Source of the DNA: Alphaproteobacteria bacterium
Lineage (GTDB): Bacteria > Pseudomonadota > Alphaproteobacteria > UBA828
Assembly: GCA_965237415.1 (NCBI GenBank)
Contig: CBDEFM010000001.1
Coordinates: 160,001-224,000, forward strand
Reading direction: 5' to 3'
DNA length: 64,000 nucleotides
The translations under genes were made by a program, and so were the position numbers. Numbering within the stretch: the stretch's first letter is position 1; each line of letters begins with the position of its first letter. Shown here in pieces: positions 41,223 to 51,199 of this stretch. A model generated the notes under the pieces. The model did not search any database. It was not told where the DNA came from and saw only the letters and a program-made list of their open reading frames with translations.

Positions 41223-42311
41223 TCAGCCCGCGTCGCCTTGCCAGAGGTCCCAGGGCTTGGCCGCGTCGCTGGCAAATGGCAGCGCGACCTTGGCGCCGGT
41301 GCGGGCGGATTCGTAGGCCGCGAACAGCACCTCCTGCACGGCGCGCGCGTCTTCGCCTGTCACCAGCGGTGCCGTGCCGTTCTGCACGCAATCCACGAAG
41401 TGGTCGAACTCGGCCCAGAAGCCGTAGTTCCATTCCTCCTCGTAGATGGTGAAGCTCCAGCCCTGGGTGCCGCCGGCCTTCTCGACCGCGTAGTCGTAGC
41501 CGCCGCGGCTGTAGGTCTCGATCGAGTTGCCGTGGAGCAGGTCGGCGTAAGCCACGCCTTCGGAGCCGTGCACCTCGGACCTGTCGTCCATGCCGCCGGG
41601 CTTGGTCCAGCTGGTCTCGTTGAGGAAGAGACAGCCGCCCTCGAACTCCAGGATCAAGAGCGCGTTGTCCTCGCCCCTGGTCTTGTCGCCGTGCACCTGG
41701 ATCGAGAGCTGGGCGTAGACCGAGACGATCGGCGTCCGATCCATCATCCAGCGGGCGAAAGCGATGCCGTGGCAACCCATGTCCGCGAGCACGCCGCCGC
41801 CGGCGCGATCGACATCCCAGAAGTGGGGCGCGTGGGGGCCGTCATGCTTTTCCGACTGCTTGATCAGGGTCGGGCGGCCGAGCGCGCCGGCGTCGAGCAG
41901 CGACTTCATCCGCACATACTTCGGCGCGAAGCACACCTCCTCGGCATACATGAAGAGCACGCCGGCATCCTTGCAGGCGGCAACCATGCTGTCCGCCTCG
42001 GCCATGCTCAGGCACATGGGCTTCTCCAGCACGACGTGCTTGCCGGCAGCCGCGCAGTCCAGCACCAGCGGGCAATGGGTGTCGTTGGGCGTGCCGATCG
42101 CCACCATGTCGATATCGTCGCGCTCCAGCAGCGGGCGGTGATCGGTGCCGTGGTGGGAGAGGCCGTAGGTCTCTGCGAAGGCCTCGGCATGCCCCGGCGT
42201 CGGCGACGCCACTCCGATCAGTTTCGCATGGGGGTTGCGCACGAGCGCGCGGGCGTGAATCCCGCTCACGAATTGCGAACCCAGGAACCCGACACCAACC
42301 GGTTTCGTCAT
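41223..42311 (-). CDS. Gfo/Idh/MocA oxidoreductase
   Basis: TPNDTH, GKHVVLEKP, GGGVLADMGCH. Confidence 0.93.
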   Translation of the reverse strand: MTKPVGVGFLGSQFVSGIHARALVRNPHAKLIGVASPTPGHAEAFAETYGLSHHGTDHRPLLERDDIDMVAIGTPNDTHCPLVLDCAAAGKHVVLEKPMCLSMAEADSMVAACKDAGVLFMYAEEVCFAPKYVRMKSLLDAGALGRPTLIKQSEKHDGPHAPHFWDVDRAGGGVLADMGCHGIAFARWMMDRTPIVSVYAQLSIQVHGDKTRGEDNALLILEFEGGCLFLNETSWTKPGGMDDRSEVHGSEGVAYADLLHGNSIETYSRGGYDYAVEKAGGTQGWSFTIYEEEWNYGFWAEFDHFVDCVQNGTAPLVTGEDARAVQEVLFAAYESARTGAKVALPFASDAAKPWDLWQGDAG

Positions 42312-42412
42312 CGACTGCCTCGCTCTTGCAGGGTTTGAACGGCAGTCTCCTTACTACAGGCGGGGGGCGCAAATCCGCAACTGGAGGTAACGGCGTGTGG
42401 GTCATGAGAGGG

Positions 42413-42508
42413 GCCGGGCCGACGGCTCGGACGGCGCGACCGCGTCGCGCGTCCACGCGCGCGGAGCGCACGATCGAGCGGAGCGAGCGCCCGGCGCCTG
42501 AGGGATAT
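42413..42508. repeat. Dispersed ~95-bp intergenic repeat, copy A
   Basis: Shares CGGACGGCGCGACCGCG and CGAGCGGAGCGAGCGCCCGGCGCYTGAGGGATAT blocks with 54385..54478. Confidence 0.8.
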
Positions 42509-42515
42509 CAAAAAA

Positions 42516-42818
42516 TCAAAAGCCGTGCTTCGCGGCCTCCTCGGCGTACTTGCGCTTCTTCTCGGGCGTCGCCTCGGTCTGGAAGTGCTCCTTCCATTCC
42601 GCGTAGGTCATGCCGTAGACCTGCTGGCGCGCCTGCTCCAGGTCCATGTCGAGCCCCTTCTCCTCGGCGGCGGCGCGATACCACTTCGAGAGGCAGTTGC
42701 GGCAGAAGCCGGCGAGGTTCATCAGGTCGATATTCTGCACGTCGGTGCGCTTGCGCAGATGCGCGACCAGGGTGCGGAAGGCGGCGGCCTCCAGCTCAAC
42801 TTGAGTCTTATCGTCCAT
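42516..42818 (-). CDS. DUF1244 family protein
   Basis: ELEAAAFR, DVQNIDLMNLAGFCRNCL, YGMTYAEWK. Confidence 0.92.
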   Translation of the reverse strand: MDDKTQVELEAAAFRTLVAHLRKRTDVQNIDLMNLAGFCRNCLSKWYRAAAEEKGLDMDLEQARQQVYGMTYAEWKEHFQTEATPEKKRKYAEEAAKHGF

Positions 42819-43110
42819 TGCCTGCCTCCCCTGCGCCGGCGCTTGCCTCGGGACTGGCGCCCTCCGCTGCAAGCCTCGCCTCGAGCTTGGCCACGCGCTC
42901 GGCAAGCGCCTCGCTCTCACTCCGTGCCTTCGCCGCCATTTCCTTGACCGCGTCGAACTCGTCCCGCGGGACCAGGTCCATCTTCGCCAGGATCCCTTCG
43001 AGCCGGCGCTTGACCAGCGCGTCGAGCTCGCCCTTGAGGCCGCTCGCGGCCCCCATGGCCCCGGTGGCGACCCGCGCCACGTCGTCGAGTATGTGGCTGT
43101 CTGTCTGCAT
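42808..43110 (-). CDS. ubiK: Accessory factor UbiK family protein
   Basis: ILDDVAR, MDLVPRDEFDAVKEMA, coiled coil. Confidence 0.82.
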   Translation of the reverse strand: MQTDSHILDDVARVATGAMGAASGLKGELDALVKRRLEGILAKMDLVPRDEFDAVKEMAAKARSESEALAERVAKLEARLAAEGASPEASAGAGEAGNGR

Positions 43111-43276
43111 CGGCAGTCTCCTCAGGCCGGGCGCCAGTATGCCACGGTGTCCCACGCTGGCAATGAGCCGCCAGTCGGACAAACTGGATTGCTTCGGTCA
43201 TATCAAGTACCAGTGCATGGGAGGGATCGACGGTTGAGCCCGCAGTCCGGCTGCCACGCGCGGTTGCAGGTGAAGA

Positions 43277-44527
43277 ATGAACCGCGACGGGGTGCAGGGG
43301 GGCGGAATGAGCCGAGCGGCGAGCGGGCGTGCGCTCGGTCGCGTCGAATTCGTGGCCCTCGTCGGCCTCCTGATGTCGCTCGTCGCGCTTGCGATCGACG
43401 CGATGCTGCCGGCGCTGCCCGCGATCGGCCGCAACTTCGAAACGCCACGCCCCAATGACGTCCAGCTCGTCATCATGTCGCTGTTTCTGGGGCTTGGCTT
43501 CGGCCAGTTGCTGTTCGGCCCTCTCTCCGACCGCATCGGGCGCAAACCCGCCATCCATGCCGGCCTCGTCCTGTTCATGATCGGGTGCCTGGTGAGCATT
43601 TTCGCACCCACGTTCGAGGTCATGATCGCGGGCCGTGTCCTGCAGGGCGTGGGCGTCGCGGCCCCCCGCATCGTGATCATCGCCCTGGTGCGCGATCAGT
43701 ACGAGGGCCGCTCGATGGCCCGGCTCATGTCGTTCGCCATGGCCGTGTTCATTCTGGTTCCCACCGTCGCCCCGGCGCTAGGCCAGGGACTCCTCATCCT
43801 CGGAGGCTGGCACGCGATATTCATCACCTTCCTCGTCATCGCCGCGATGGTTTTCGCGTGGTTTGCGCTGCGCCAGCCGGAAACCCTGCCCGTTGCCCGG
43901 CGGCGGCCCTTCTCGCCGCGTGCCATCGGCCAGGCCGTGGGCGAGATACTGAGAATTCGGCCTGCGCTCGGCTACACGCTCGCCACGGGGTTCGTCTTCG
44001 CGCCTTTCGTCGCCTATCTCGGCTCGGCCCAGCAAATCTTCCAGGATGCCTATGGCACCGGCAGGCTCTTCCCACTCTATTTCGGGCTGCTCGCACTCTC
44101 CTTCGGCGGCGGTTCACTGGTGAACAGCCGCCTCGTGATGAAGTACGGGATGCGCCGGCTCTCGAAGGTCTCGGCCGCATTCATCGCGCTGATTTCGCTG
44201 ATCGCGTCGGCGGCCGTCTTCGCCTTCGACGGGCTTCCACCGTTCTGGCTCTTCATGTGTTATCTCCTCACCGTGTTTCTGGGCGTCAGCCTGTTGTTCG
44301 GGAATCTCAACGCTCTCGCCATGCAGCCTCTCGGCCACATCGCAGGCGTGGGAGCGGCAGTGATCGCTTCGCTTTCCACCTTCATCTCGGTGCCGTTGGG
44401 AGCCCTGGTGGGCCAGAGTTTCGACAGCACCGTCTACGCCCTGGTCGGCGCCTTCGCCGTCTCAGGGCTGGGCACCCTTGTTGCCATGCGGTGGGCCGAA
44501 GGCGGTGAAAGCGCCCAAGAAAGTTGA
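43277..44527 (+). CDS. Bcr/CflA-type multidrug efflux MFS transporter
   Basis: AIDAMLPALP, GPLSDRIGRK, GRVLQG, PETL. Confidence 0.92.
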   Translation: MNRDGVQGGGMSRAASGRALGRVEFVALVGLLMSLVALAIDAMLPALPAIGRNFETPRPNDVQLVIMSLFLGLGFGQLLFGPLSDRIGRKPAIHAGLVLFMIGCLVSIFAPTFEVMIAGRVLQGVGVAAPRIVIIALVRDQYEGRSMARLMSFAMAVFILVPTVAPALGQGLLILGGWHAIFITFLVIAAMVFAWFALRQPETLPVARRRPFSPRAIGQAVGEILRIRPALGYTLATGFVFAPFVAYLGSAQQIFQDAYGTGRLFPLYFGLLALSFGGGSLVNSRLVMKYGMRRLSKVSAAFIALISLIASAAVFAFDGLPPFWLFMCYLLTVFLGVSLLFGNLNALAMQPLGHIAGVGAAVIASLSTFISVPLGALVGQSFDSTVYALVGAFAVSGLGTLVAMRWAEGGESAQES

Positions 44528-44684
44528 GCTCCCTTCGCCCGATGCAAGGTTGCTGCCGGTCGGATATACGTGCACTGCCGAGTCCGAGGGCCCTCGTTTG
44601 TCGGGAGACGCATCGGACGGGCGCGCGGGCCTGCGCCGGCACCATTGACGGGATTCACCTGCGGAGCATGCACAAGGTGGCACC

Positions 44685-45308
44685 ATGACCGAGAGCGTGG
44701 GCGTGTTGCTCGCCGGCGGCCTCGCGCGCCGCATGGGGGGCGGCGACAAGTGCCTGCGGCCGCTCGCCGGCGAGACCCTGCTCGCGCGGGTGATTGAGCG
44801 CGCGGCACCCCAGGTCGGCCCGCTGATCCTAAATGCCAACGGCGATCCTGCGCGTTTCGCGTCCTACGGCCTGCCGGTGGTGGCCGATGTGGTGGAAGGC
44901 CACGCCGGGCCGCTCGCCGGCATTCTGACTGCGCTCGACTGGGCGGCGGAGAAGGCGCCCCACTGCCCGCTGGTGGCGAGCTTCGCCACCGATGCACCGT
45001 TCCTGCCGCGCGATCTGGTTGAGACGATGGCTGAGGCCCGCGACTTTGCCACCGCCGATCTTGCCTGCGCCGCTTCGGGCGGCCGGGCACATCCGGTGTT
45101 CGGCCTCTGGCCGGTGGCCCTCCGCTCCGACCTGCGCCAGGCCCTGGTCGAGCAGGGGGAGCGGAAGATCGACCGCTGGACAGCAAGCCACAGGCTGGTG
45201 GAGGTCGTCTTCCCCTGCGATCCCGTGGACCCGTTCTTCAATGCCAACCGCGCGGACGACCTGACTGAGGCCGAGCGCCTGATCGCGGAGCACGGCCAAG
45301 CCCTCTGA
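44685..45308 (+). CDS. mobA: Molybdenum cofactor guanylyltransferase
   Basis: [31 protein letters not shown]. Confidence 0.94.
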   Translation: MTESVGVLLAGGLARRMGGGDKCLRPLAGETLLARVIERAAPQVGPLILNANGDPARFASYGLPVVADVVEGHAGPLAGILTALDWAAEKAPHCPLVASFATDAPFLPRDLVETMAEARDFATADLACAASGGRAHPVFGLWPVALRSDLRQALVEQGERKIDRWTASHRLVEVVFPCDPVDPFFNANRADDLTEAERLIAEHGQAL

Positions 45309-45332
45309 GCCTGCTTCGGTAGGAGCGCGCCC

Positions 45333-46595
45333 TTACTCGTCCGCGTGGGCGTAGGTCAGGTCGTGCGGCGGCCGGTTGCCGAGGGCGGGATCGGTGCCCG
45401 CCGGCTGATAGGGCGCGCCGAGGGTGCCGATATCGAGCGGCACCGACTGCCCGAGCAGGCTGCGCGCGATGACCAGCCGCTGGATCGAGGGGGTGCCTTC
45501 CTCCAGCATGTTGATGCGGCATTCCCGGTAGAGCCGCTCCAGCGGATAGGGGTAGTCGGTGAAGTAGGCGCGCCCGCCGACCACGTCCATCGCCTTGTCC
45601 GTCACCCGCATCACGGTCTCCAACCCGAATAGCTTGGCGATCGAGGCCTCCACCGCGCAAGGCTCCTCGCGGTCGATCTTGGCGGCCACGTCATCCAGGA
45701 TGAGGCGCAGCGCGTAGACGTCGCGGGCCATGTCGGCGAGCTCGGACTGGACCGAGGGGCGGGCGGCGATGGGCCGGCCAAAGGTGATGCGCTTATCCGC
45801 GAAATGGAGGGCGATCTCCAGCGCGCGCTCGGCGGTGCCGAGCGAGCTCGCGGCGACGAAGACGCGGCTCGGCTCCAGCTCGCCGAGGAAGACCTCGAGG
45901 CCGTCGCCCTCGGCCCCCACCATGCTGTCCGCCGGCACCGGCGTGTCCTTGAAGCGCAGAATGCCGTGGGGCGGGCCGTTGTTGCCCATCATGTCGGGCA
46001 TCGGCTCGATGGTGAAGCCGGGCGCGCCGGTGGGCACCACCAGCGCGGTGAGCCCGCGCCGGTCGCCGCGTGCCGCGGTGCGGCAGCAGATGAGGTGGCC
46101 GGTGGCGAAGTCCGCATTGGTGATGTAGTGCTTCGCGCCGTTGACGATCCAGCGGTCGCCCTCGCGCCTCGCGTGCGTGCCCACATCCATGCCGCTCCCG
46201 GAATTGGGCTCGGTGATGGCGAAGGTGAGCGATTGCTCGCCCGTCGCCAGCGCCGGCAGCAGCGCTTTCTTCTGCGCCTCGGTGCCGTAGGCGACGACCG
46301 CACGCGCGCTCGTGTTGTGGACATGCAGCAGCACCCGGACGACACCGGAGACCTTCGAGAACTCGGCGAGAAGCGGCAGGTATTGGGTGCAGCTCAACGC
46401 GTTGCCGCCATATTCCTCGGGGATCACGGCGCCGAATAAGCCGTGCTCGCGGAACTGCGGGAAGAGTTCCTCCTGCGGGAACTTGCCCGTGCGCTCCATC
46501 TCGCTCGCCCTGGGCTCGACCTCGCGCCAGAGAAAATTGAAGATCCGCTTGCGGTAGGCCTCGTAGTCGCTCTCCGTCTCAAATCTGTTCACCAT
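45333..46595 (-). CDS. Acyl-CoA dehydrogenase family protein
   Basis: [36 protein letters not shown]. Confidence 0.9.
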   Translation of the reverse strand: MVNRFETESDYEAYRKRIFNFLWREVEPRASEMERTGKFPQEELFPQFREHGLFGAVIPEEYGGNALSCTQYLPLLAEFSKVSGVVRVLLHVHNTSARAVVAYGTEAQKKALLPALATGEQSLTFAITEPNSGSGMDVGTHARREGDRWIVNGAKHYITNADFATGHLICCRTAARGDRRGLTALVVPTGAPGFTIEPMPDMMGNNGPPHGILRFKDTPVPADSMVGAEGDGLEVFLGELEPSRVFVAASSLGTAERALEIALHFADKRITFGRPIAARPSVQSELADMARDVYALRLILDDVAAKIDREEPCAVEASIAKLFGLETVMRVTDKAMDVVGGRAYFTDYPYPLERLYRECRINMLEEGTPSIQRLVIARSLLGQSVPLDIGTLGAPYQPAGTDPALGNRPPHDLTYAHADE

Positions 46596-46678
46596 GCCGT
46601 GACTCCTGCCGATCCGGTTTGCCGCATCTCTGCGAGGTGCTATCTATCACACAAGGAAAAGACAGGTGTGAGGGCGAG

Positions 46679-47152
46679 ATGACTGAGACGGCGATTTTCG
46701 GAGCGGGCTGTTTCTGGGGCGTCGAGGCCGCGTTTCGCCGGGTCGATGGCGTCGCCGAAACCGCGGTGGGCTACTGCGGCGGCAGCACGGCCGAGCCCAT
46801 CTATCACGACGTGTGCAGCGGCATGACGGGCCACGCGGAGGTGGTGCGGGTCGTCTTAGACCCCGCGCGGGTGAGCTACGAGACGCTGCTCGAGCTCTTC
46901 TGGCAGGTGCACGACGCGACCCAGGTGAACCGCCAGGGACCCGACATCGGCACCCAGTATCGCTCGGTCATCTTCTTCGGCTCGGAGGCCCAGAAGGAGG
47001 CGGCGGAAGCCAGCAAGGCAGCGCTGGTGGCGGCGGGGCATCCGATCGCGACCCTGATCGAGCCGTCAGCGGACTTCTGGATGGCCGAGGACTACCACCA
47101 GCAGTATTTCGAGAAGAACCGGCGCATCCACGCCGGCCTCTTCCGCATCTGA
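46679..47152 (+). CDS. msrA: Peptide-methionine (S)-S-oxide reductase
   Basis: [31 protein letters not shown]. Confidence 0.95.
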   Translation: MTETAIFGAGCFWGVEAAFRRVDGVAETAVGYCGGSTAEPIYHDVCSGMTGHAEVVRVVLDPARVSYETLLELFWQVHDATQVNRQGPDIGTQYRSVIFFGSEAQKEAAEASKAALVAAGHPIATLIEPSADFWMAEDYHQQYFEKNRRIHAGLFRI

Positions 47153-47203
47153 CCGGCCGGGCTTTCCCCCGCCGCCAGAACCGCCGGCTGCGCCACACCG
47201 ATC

Positions 47204-48553
47204 ATGGGAACCGCCCAGGCGGGCAATTCCGCCGACCTGTTGGATGGGCTGATTGCGCGTGCGCGGCGGCTCGGCGCCGATGCCGCCGACGCCTTGTACG
47301 TGCACGGCAGCGCGCTCGAAGCAGGCTGCCGCCTCGGCGAGCCGGAAGACGTCGTCCGGGCGGAAGGCCGCAATCTGGGTTTGCGCGTCTTCGTCGGCGA
47401 CCGGCAGGCCATCGTCTCGACCACGGACCTCGCCGAAGACACGCTCGGGCCGCTTGCCGAGCGGGCGATCGCCATGGCGCGCTCGGTGCCGGAGGACCCC
47501 TATGCGGGCCTCGCCGATCCTGCCCGCCTCGCCCGGGACTGGCCCGCGCTCGACCTCGCCGATTCTGCTGAGCCCGATGCCGAGAGCTTGATGGCCCGCG
47601 CGGCGGAGGCGGAGGACGCCGCCCGCGCCGTTGCCGGCGTCACCAACTCTGAAGGCGCGGGCGCCAGCTGGGGGCGGTCGGAAGCGACGCTCGTGACCAG
47701 CGGCGGCTTTGCCGGCGGCTACGCGACCAGCCGGTTCTCGGTGAGCGCGGCAGTGCTGGCCGGCGACGGGACGGCGATGGAGCGCGACTACGACTGGTCG
47801 ACGTCGTTGTTTGAAGCCGATCTGGATGATGCCGCAGCGGTCGGCCGCCGCGCTGGTGAGCGCGCGGTGCGCCGGCTGGACGCGCGCAAGGCGCAATCGG
47901 GCCAGATGCCGGTGCTCTACGACCCCCGCATCGCCGGCGGGCTGGTCTCCCACCTCGCGGGTGCGATTTCCGGCCCGTCGATCGCGCGCGGAACGAGCTT
48001 CCTGAAGGACGCGCTTGAGACCCAGCTATTCGCGCCCGGCACCACCATCGTGGATGACCCGCACCGGGCGCGGGGGCTGCGCTCGCGCCCCTTCGACGGC
48101 GAAGGAGTCGCGACGGAACGGCGTGCGATCGTCGCCGACGGCGTGTTGCAAACCTGGCTGCTCGACAGCCGCTCGGCCCGCCAGCTCGGCCTTGCCAGCA
48201 CCGGCCATGCCGCGCGCGGCACCAGCGCGCCGCCCTCGCCCTCATGCTCCAACCTTTGGCTGGAACCGGGCGCCGAGAGCGCCGAGGCGCTCATCGGCGA
48301 GGTGGTGAGCGGCCTCTACGTCACCGAGTTGATGGGCATGGGTGTGAACCAGGTGACCGGCGACTACAGCCGGGGCGCGGCGGGCTTCTGGATCGAACGG
48401 GGCGAGATCGCCTATCCGGTGAGCGAGGTCACCGTCGCCGGCAACCTCAGAGACATGTTCCGCCACCTCACCCCGGCCAGCGACCTCTCGTTCCGCTACG
48501 GCGTCGACAGCCCGACCGTGCGGATCGATGGCATGACGGTCGCGGGCCGCTGA
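47204..48553 (+). CDS. pmbA: TldD/PmbA family protein (PmbA/TldE)
   Basis: MERDY, SRPFDGEGV, TGDYSRGAAG, VTVAGNL. Confidence 0.9.
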   Translation: MGTAQAGNSADLLDGLIARARRLGADAADALYVHGSALEAGCRLGEPEDVVRAEGRNLGLRVFVGDRQAIVSTTDLAEDTLGPLAERAIAMARSVPEDPYAGLADPARLARDWPALDLADSAEPDAESLMARAAEAEDAARAVAGVTNSEGAGASWGRSEATLVTSGGFAGGYATSRFSVSAAVLAGDGTAMERDYDWSTSLFEADLDDAAAVGRRAGERAVRRLDARKAQSGQMPVLYDPRIAGGLVSHLAGAISGPSIARGTSFLKDALETQLFAPGTTIVDDPHRARGLRSRPFDGEGVATERRAIVADGVLQTWLLDSRSARQLGLASTGHAARGTSAPPSPSCSNLWLEPGAESAEALIGEVVSGLYVTELMGMGVNQVTGDYSRGAAGFWIERGEIAYPVSEVTVAGNLRDMFRHLTPASDLSFRYGVDSPTVRIDGMTVAGR

Positions 48554-48647
48554 GGGCCGATAGCGCGTCCTCACCCTTCATACCCTAGCTAGAGCCTTCG
48601 CCCCTGCCGTGCTATTGGGCTAAATTCAAGCGTTTAGGCGTTGGCGC

Positions 48648-50444
48648 TTGAATCGGGCGAAAGCCGTGGAACGACCTGACCCACCCCAGCCACCAGGCTC
48701 GACGAGGCACCTCCTGGTTCGCCTCGTCCGCGAGCACGTGCGCCCCCACCTGGGCCGGCTGCTGCTCGCCGGGCTCTGCATGGTCCTTGCCGCCGGCTCC
48801 ATCGCATCGCTCGCCTATCTCATGGAGCCGGTGCTGGACGAGATCTTCCTGGAGAAGGACCGCTCGCTACTCATCGTGGTCCCCATCGCGGTCATCGGGA
48901 TAACGCTGATCCGGGGCGCCGCCACCTACGGGCAGGCGGTGCTGATGGCCTTCGTTGGCCAGCGCGTCATCGCCGACCTGCAGAGCCGGGTCTTCGCCCA
49001 CATCCTCCGCTTCGACCTCGCCTTCTTCCAGGACACGGCGTCGGGCCGGCTCGTCTCGCGGCTCACCAACGACGTCAACATGATGCGCAACGCCGTCTCG
49101 AACGCGCTCACCGGCATGGTCAAAGATTCGCTGACCCTGCTGTTCCTGGTCGGCGTCATGTTCGAGAAGGACTGGAAGCTCGCGCTGATCGCCTGCGTCG
49201 TCTTCCCCATCGCGATCTATCCGATCGCGAAGATCGGCAAGCGCATGCGCAAGATCTCGACGTCCGCGCTCAACGAGCTGGGCCTTTTCACCGCGCGCCT
49301 CAACGAGACGTTCCAAGGCGCGCGCCACGTCAAGGCCTACAACCGGGAGCGCTTCGAAGCAGAGCGCACCGACCGCCTGATCGAGAACGTCTTCCGGCTG
49401 ATCTTCAAGCAGCATCGCGTGCGTGCCGCCGCCACACCGATCATGGAGACCTTGGGCGGCATCTTTATCGCGCTTCTGATCCTCTATGGCGGATGGCAGG
49501 TGATCCAGGGCATGCTCACGCCGGGCGCCTTCTTCGCCTTCGTCACCGCCATGCTGCTCGCCTATCGGCCGCTCAAGGCGCTCGCTAATCTCAACGCCAG
49601 CTTGCAGGAGGGGCTCGCCGCGAGTCAGCGCGTGTTCGAACTGCTCGATACCGAGCCCCTCATCGTGGAGGCCCCGGATGCGCGTCCTCTCAAGATCGCG
49701 GGCGGCGCCGTCGCGCTGGAGGGTGTGCGCTTCACTTACCCCAACGGCGCGCCGGCGCTCCACGACCTCAGCCTGGAAATCCCGGCGGGAGAGACGGTCG
49801 CCATCGTCGGCCCCTCAGGCGCCGGCAAGTCCACGGTGCTCAACCTGATCCCCCGGTTCTATGACGTTGACGAGGGCGCGGTCAGGATCGACGGGCTCGA
49901 CGTCCGTGAGGCAACGATCGAGAGCGTGCGCGACGCGATGGCGCTGGTGAGTCAGGAGGCAGTGCTCTTCGACGACAGCGTCCGCGCCAACATCGCCTAC
50001 GGGCGGATCGATGCGAGCCACCAAGACATTGTGGCTGCCGCTCGCGCCGCCGGCGCCGAGCGCTTCATCCGGGAGCTCCCCGATGGTTATGACACGATGA
50101 TCGGCGAGCATGGGGTCAAGCTCTCCGGCGGCCAGCGGCAGCGGCTCTCCATCGCCCGCGCCATGCTCAAGGACGCCCCCATCCTGCTGCTCGACGAGGC
50201 GACGAGCGCGCTCGATGCCGAATCGGAGCGCCAGGTGCAGGAGGCATTGCGCAGCCTGATGCAGGGCCGGACGACCCTCGTCATCGCCCACCGCCTGTCA
50301 ACGGTCCAGGACGCCAACCGGATCTATGTTCTGGAGGGCGGCCTACTCGCAGAATCGGGCACGCACCGGTCGCTGCTGGCGGCGGGCGGCGTCTATGCGC
50401 GGCTTCATGCCACGCAGTTCGCCGCGGACATGGCTGCCGAATAG
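48648..50444 (+). CDS. msbA: MsbA-like lipid ABC exporter
   Basis: TM domain plus GPSGAGKST, LSGGQRQR, LDEATS; heads the lipid A gene cluster. Confidence 0.82.
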   Translation: MNRAKAVERPDPPQPPGSTRHLLVRLVREHVRPHLGRLLLAGLCMVLAAGSIASLAYLMEPVLDEIFLEKDRSLLIVVPIAVIGITLIRGAATYGQAVLMAFVGQRVIADLQSRVFAHILRFDLAFFQDTASGRLVSRLTNDVNMMRNAVSNALTGMVKDSLTLLFLVGVMFEKDWKLALIACVVFPIAIYPIAKIGKRMRKISTSALNELGLFTARLNETFQGARHVKAYNRERFEAERTDRLIENVFRLIFKQHRVRAAATPIMETLGGIFIALLILYGGWQVIQGMLTPGAFFAFVTAMLLAYRPLKALANLNASLQEGLAASQRVFELLDTEPLIVEAPDARPLKIAGGAVALEGVRFTYPNGAPALHDLSLEIPAGETVAIVGPSGAGKSTVLNLIPRFYDVDEGAVRIDGLDVREATIESVRDAMALVSQEAVLFDDSVRANIAYGRIDASHQDIVAAARAAGAERFIRELPDGYDTMIGEHGVKLSGGQRQRLSIARAMLKDAPILLLDEATSALDAESERQVQEALRSLMQGRTTLVIAHRLSTVQDANRIYVLEGGLLAESGTHRSLLAAGGVYARLHATQFAADMAAE

Positions 50445-50446
50445 GC

Positions 50447-51199
50447 ATGGGTCTCGGCAAGCGTGTCGCGCGGAGCCGGCTTGGGAGCGCCGTGCTCATC
50501 TGGCTTTACGCTCGCTTCGCGAGTCTGGTCTTCGTGACGACCCGCTGGCGGACGATCGGGCGCGAGGACGCCGATGCGCTGCTGCGCGCGGGCCGGCCCT
50601 TCATCTCCGCCTTCTGGCATGGCCGGCTAATGTTGGCGGCGCACGGCTGGCAGGCAGAGCCGCCGATCCACGTCATGATCTCCCGACACCGCGACGGCGA
50701 GAACATCGCCCGCGCAACGCGGCACTTGGGCGCGGTGCCGGTCCGCGGCTCGCGCACAAGGGGTGGCGCCGCGGCGCTCCGCGCTTCGCTGCGTGTGTTG
50801 AAGGAAGGCGGCTATCTCGCCATCTCTCCAGATGGGCCGCGCGGTCCCCGGATGCGCGTGCAACCCGGGATCATCGCGTTGGCGCGCCTCTCCGGGGCAC
50901 CTATTCTGCCGGTTACCTATGCAGTTTCGCGGCGCAAGGTCGCGAGAAGCTGGGATCGCTTCGTGATCGCGCTGCCGTTCGGCCGCGGTGTTTATTTGTG
51001 GGGATCGCCGCTTTATGTCGCCGCGGACGCCGACGACGCTGCAATGGAGGACGCGCGCCTGACCCTGGAGGAGCGGCTCAACGCGCTGACCGCGGAAGCC
51101 GACCGCATGGTAGGCGCGGAACCGATCGAACCGGCCCGGGACACCACGCGGGCAGACGACCGGCGTGCCGCCGCGGCGCCGGCCGGTGTACGCCCATGA
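50447..51199 (+). CDS. Lysophospholipid acyltransferase family (DUF374)
   Basis: FWHGR, SRHRDG, RGS, PDGPRGP, SWDRF. Confidence 0.9.
   Translation: MGLGKRVARSRLGSAVLIWLYARFASLVFVTTRWRTIGREDADALLRAGRPFISAFWHGRLMLAAHGWQAEPPIHVMISRHRDGENIARATRHLGAVPVRGSRTRGGAAALRASLRVLKEGGYLAISPDGPRGPRMRVQPGIIALARLSGAPILPVTYAVSRRKVARSWDRFVIALPFGRGVYLWGSPLYVAADADDAAMEDARLTLEERLNALTAEADRMVGAEPIEPARDTTRADDRRAAAAPAGVRP

Noticed and set aside
24692-47152. Selenoprotein versions of the glutaredoxin fusion or MsrA
   Set aside because: Both have ordinary Cys codons at the catalytic positions; no in-frame TGA.
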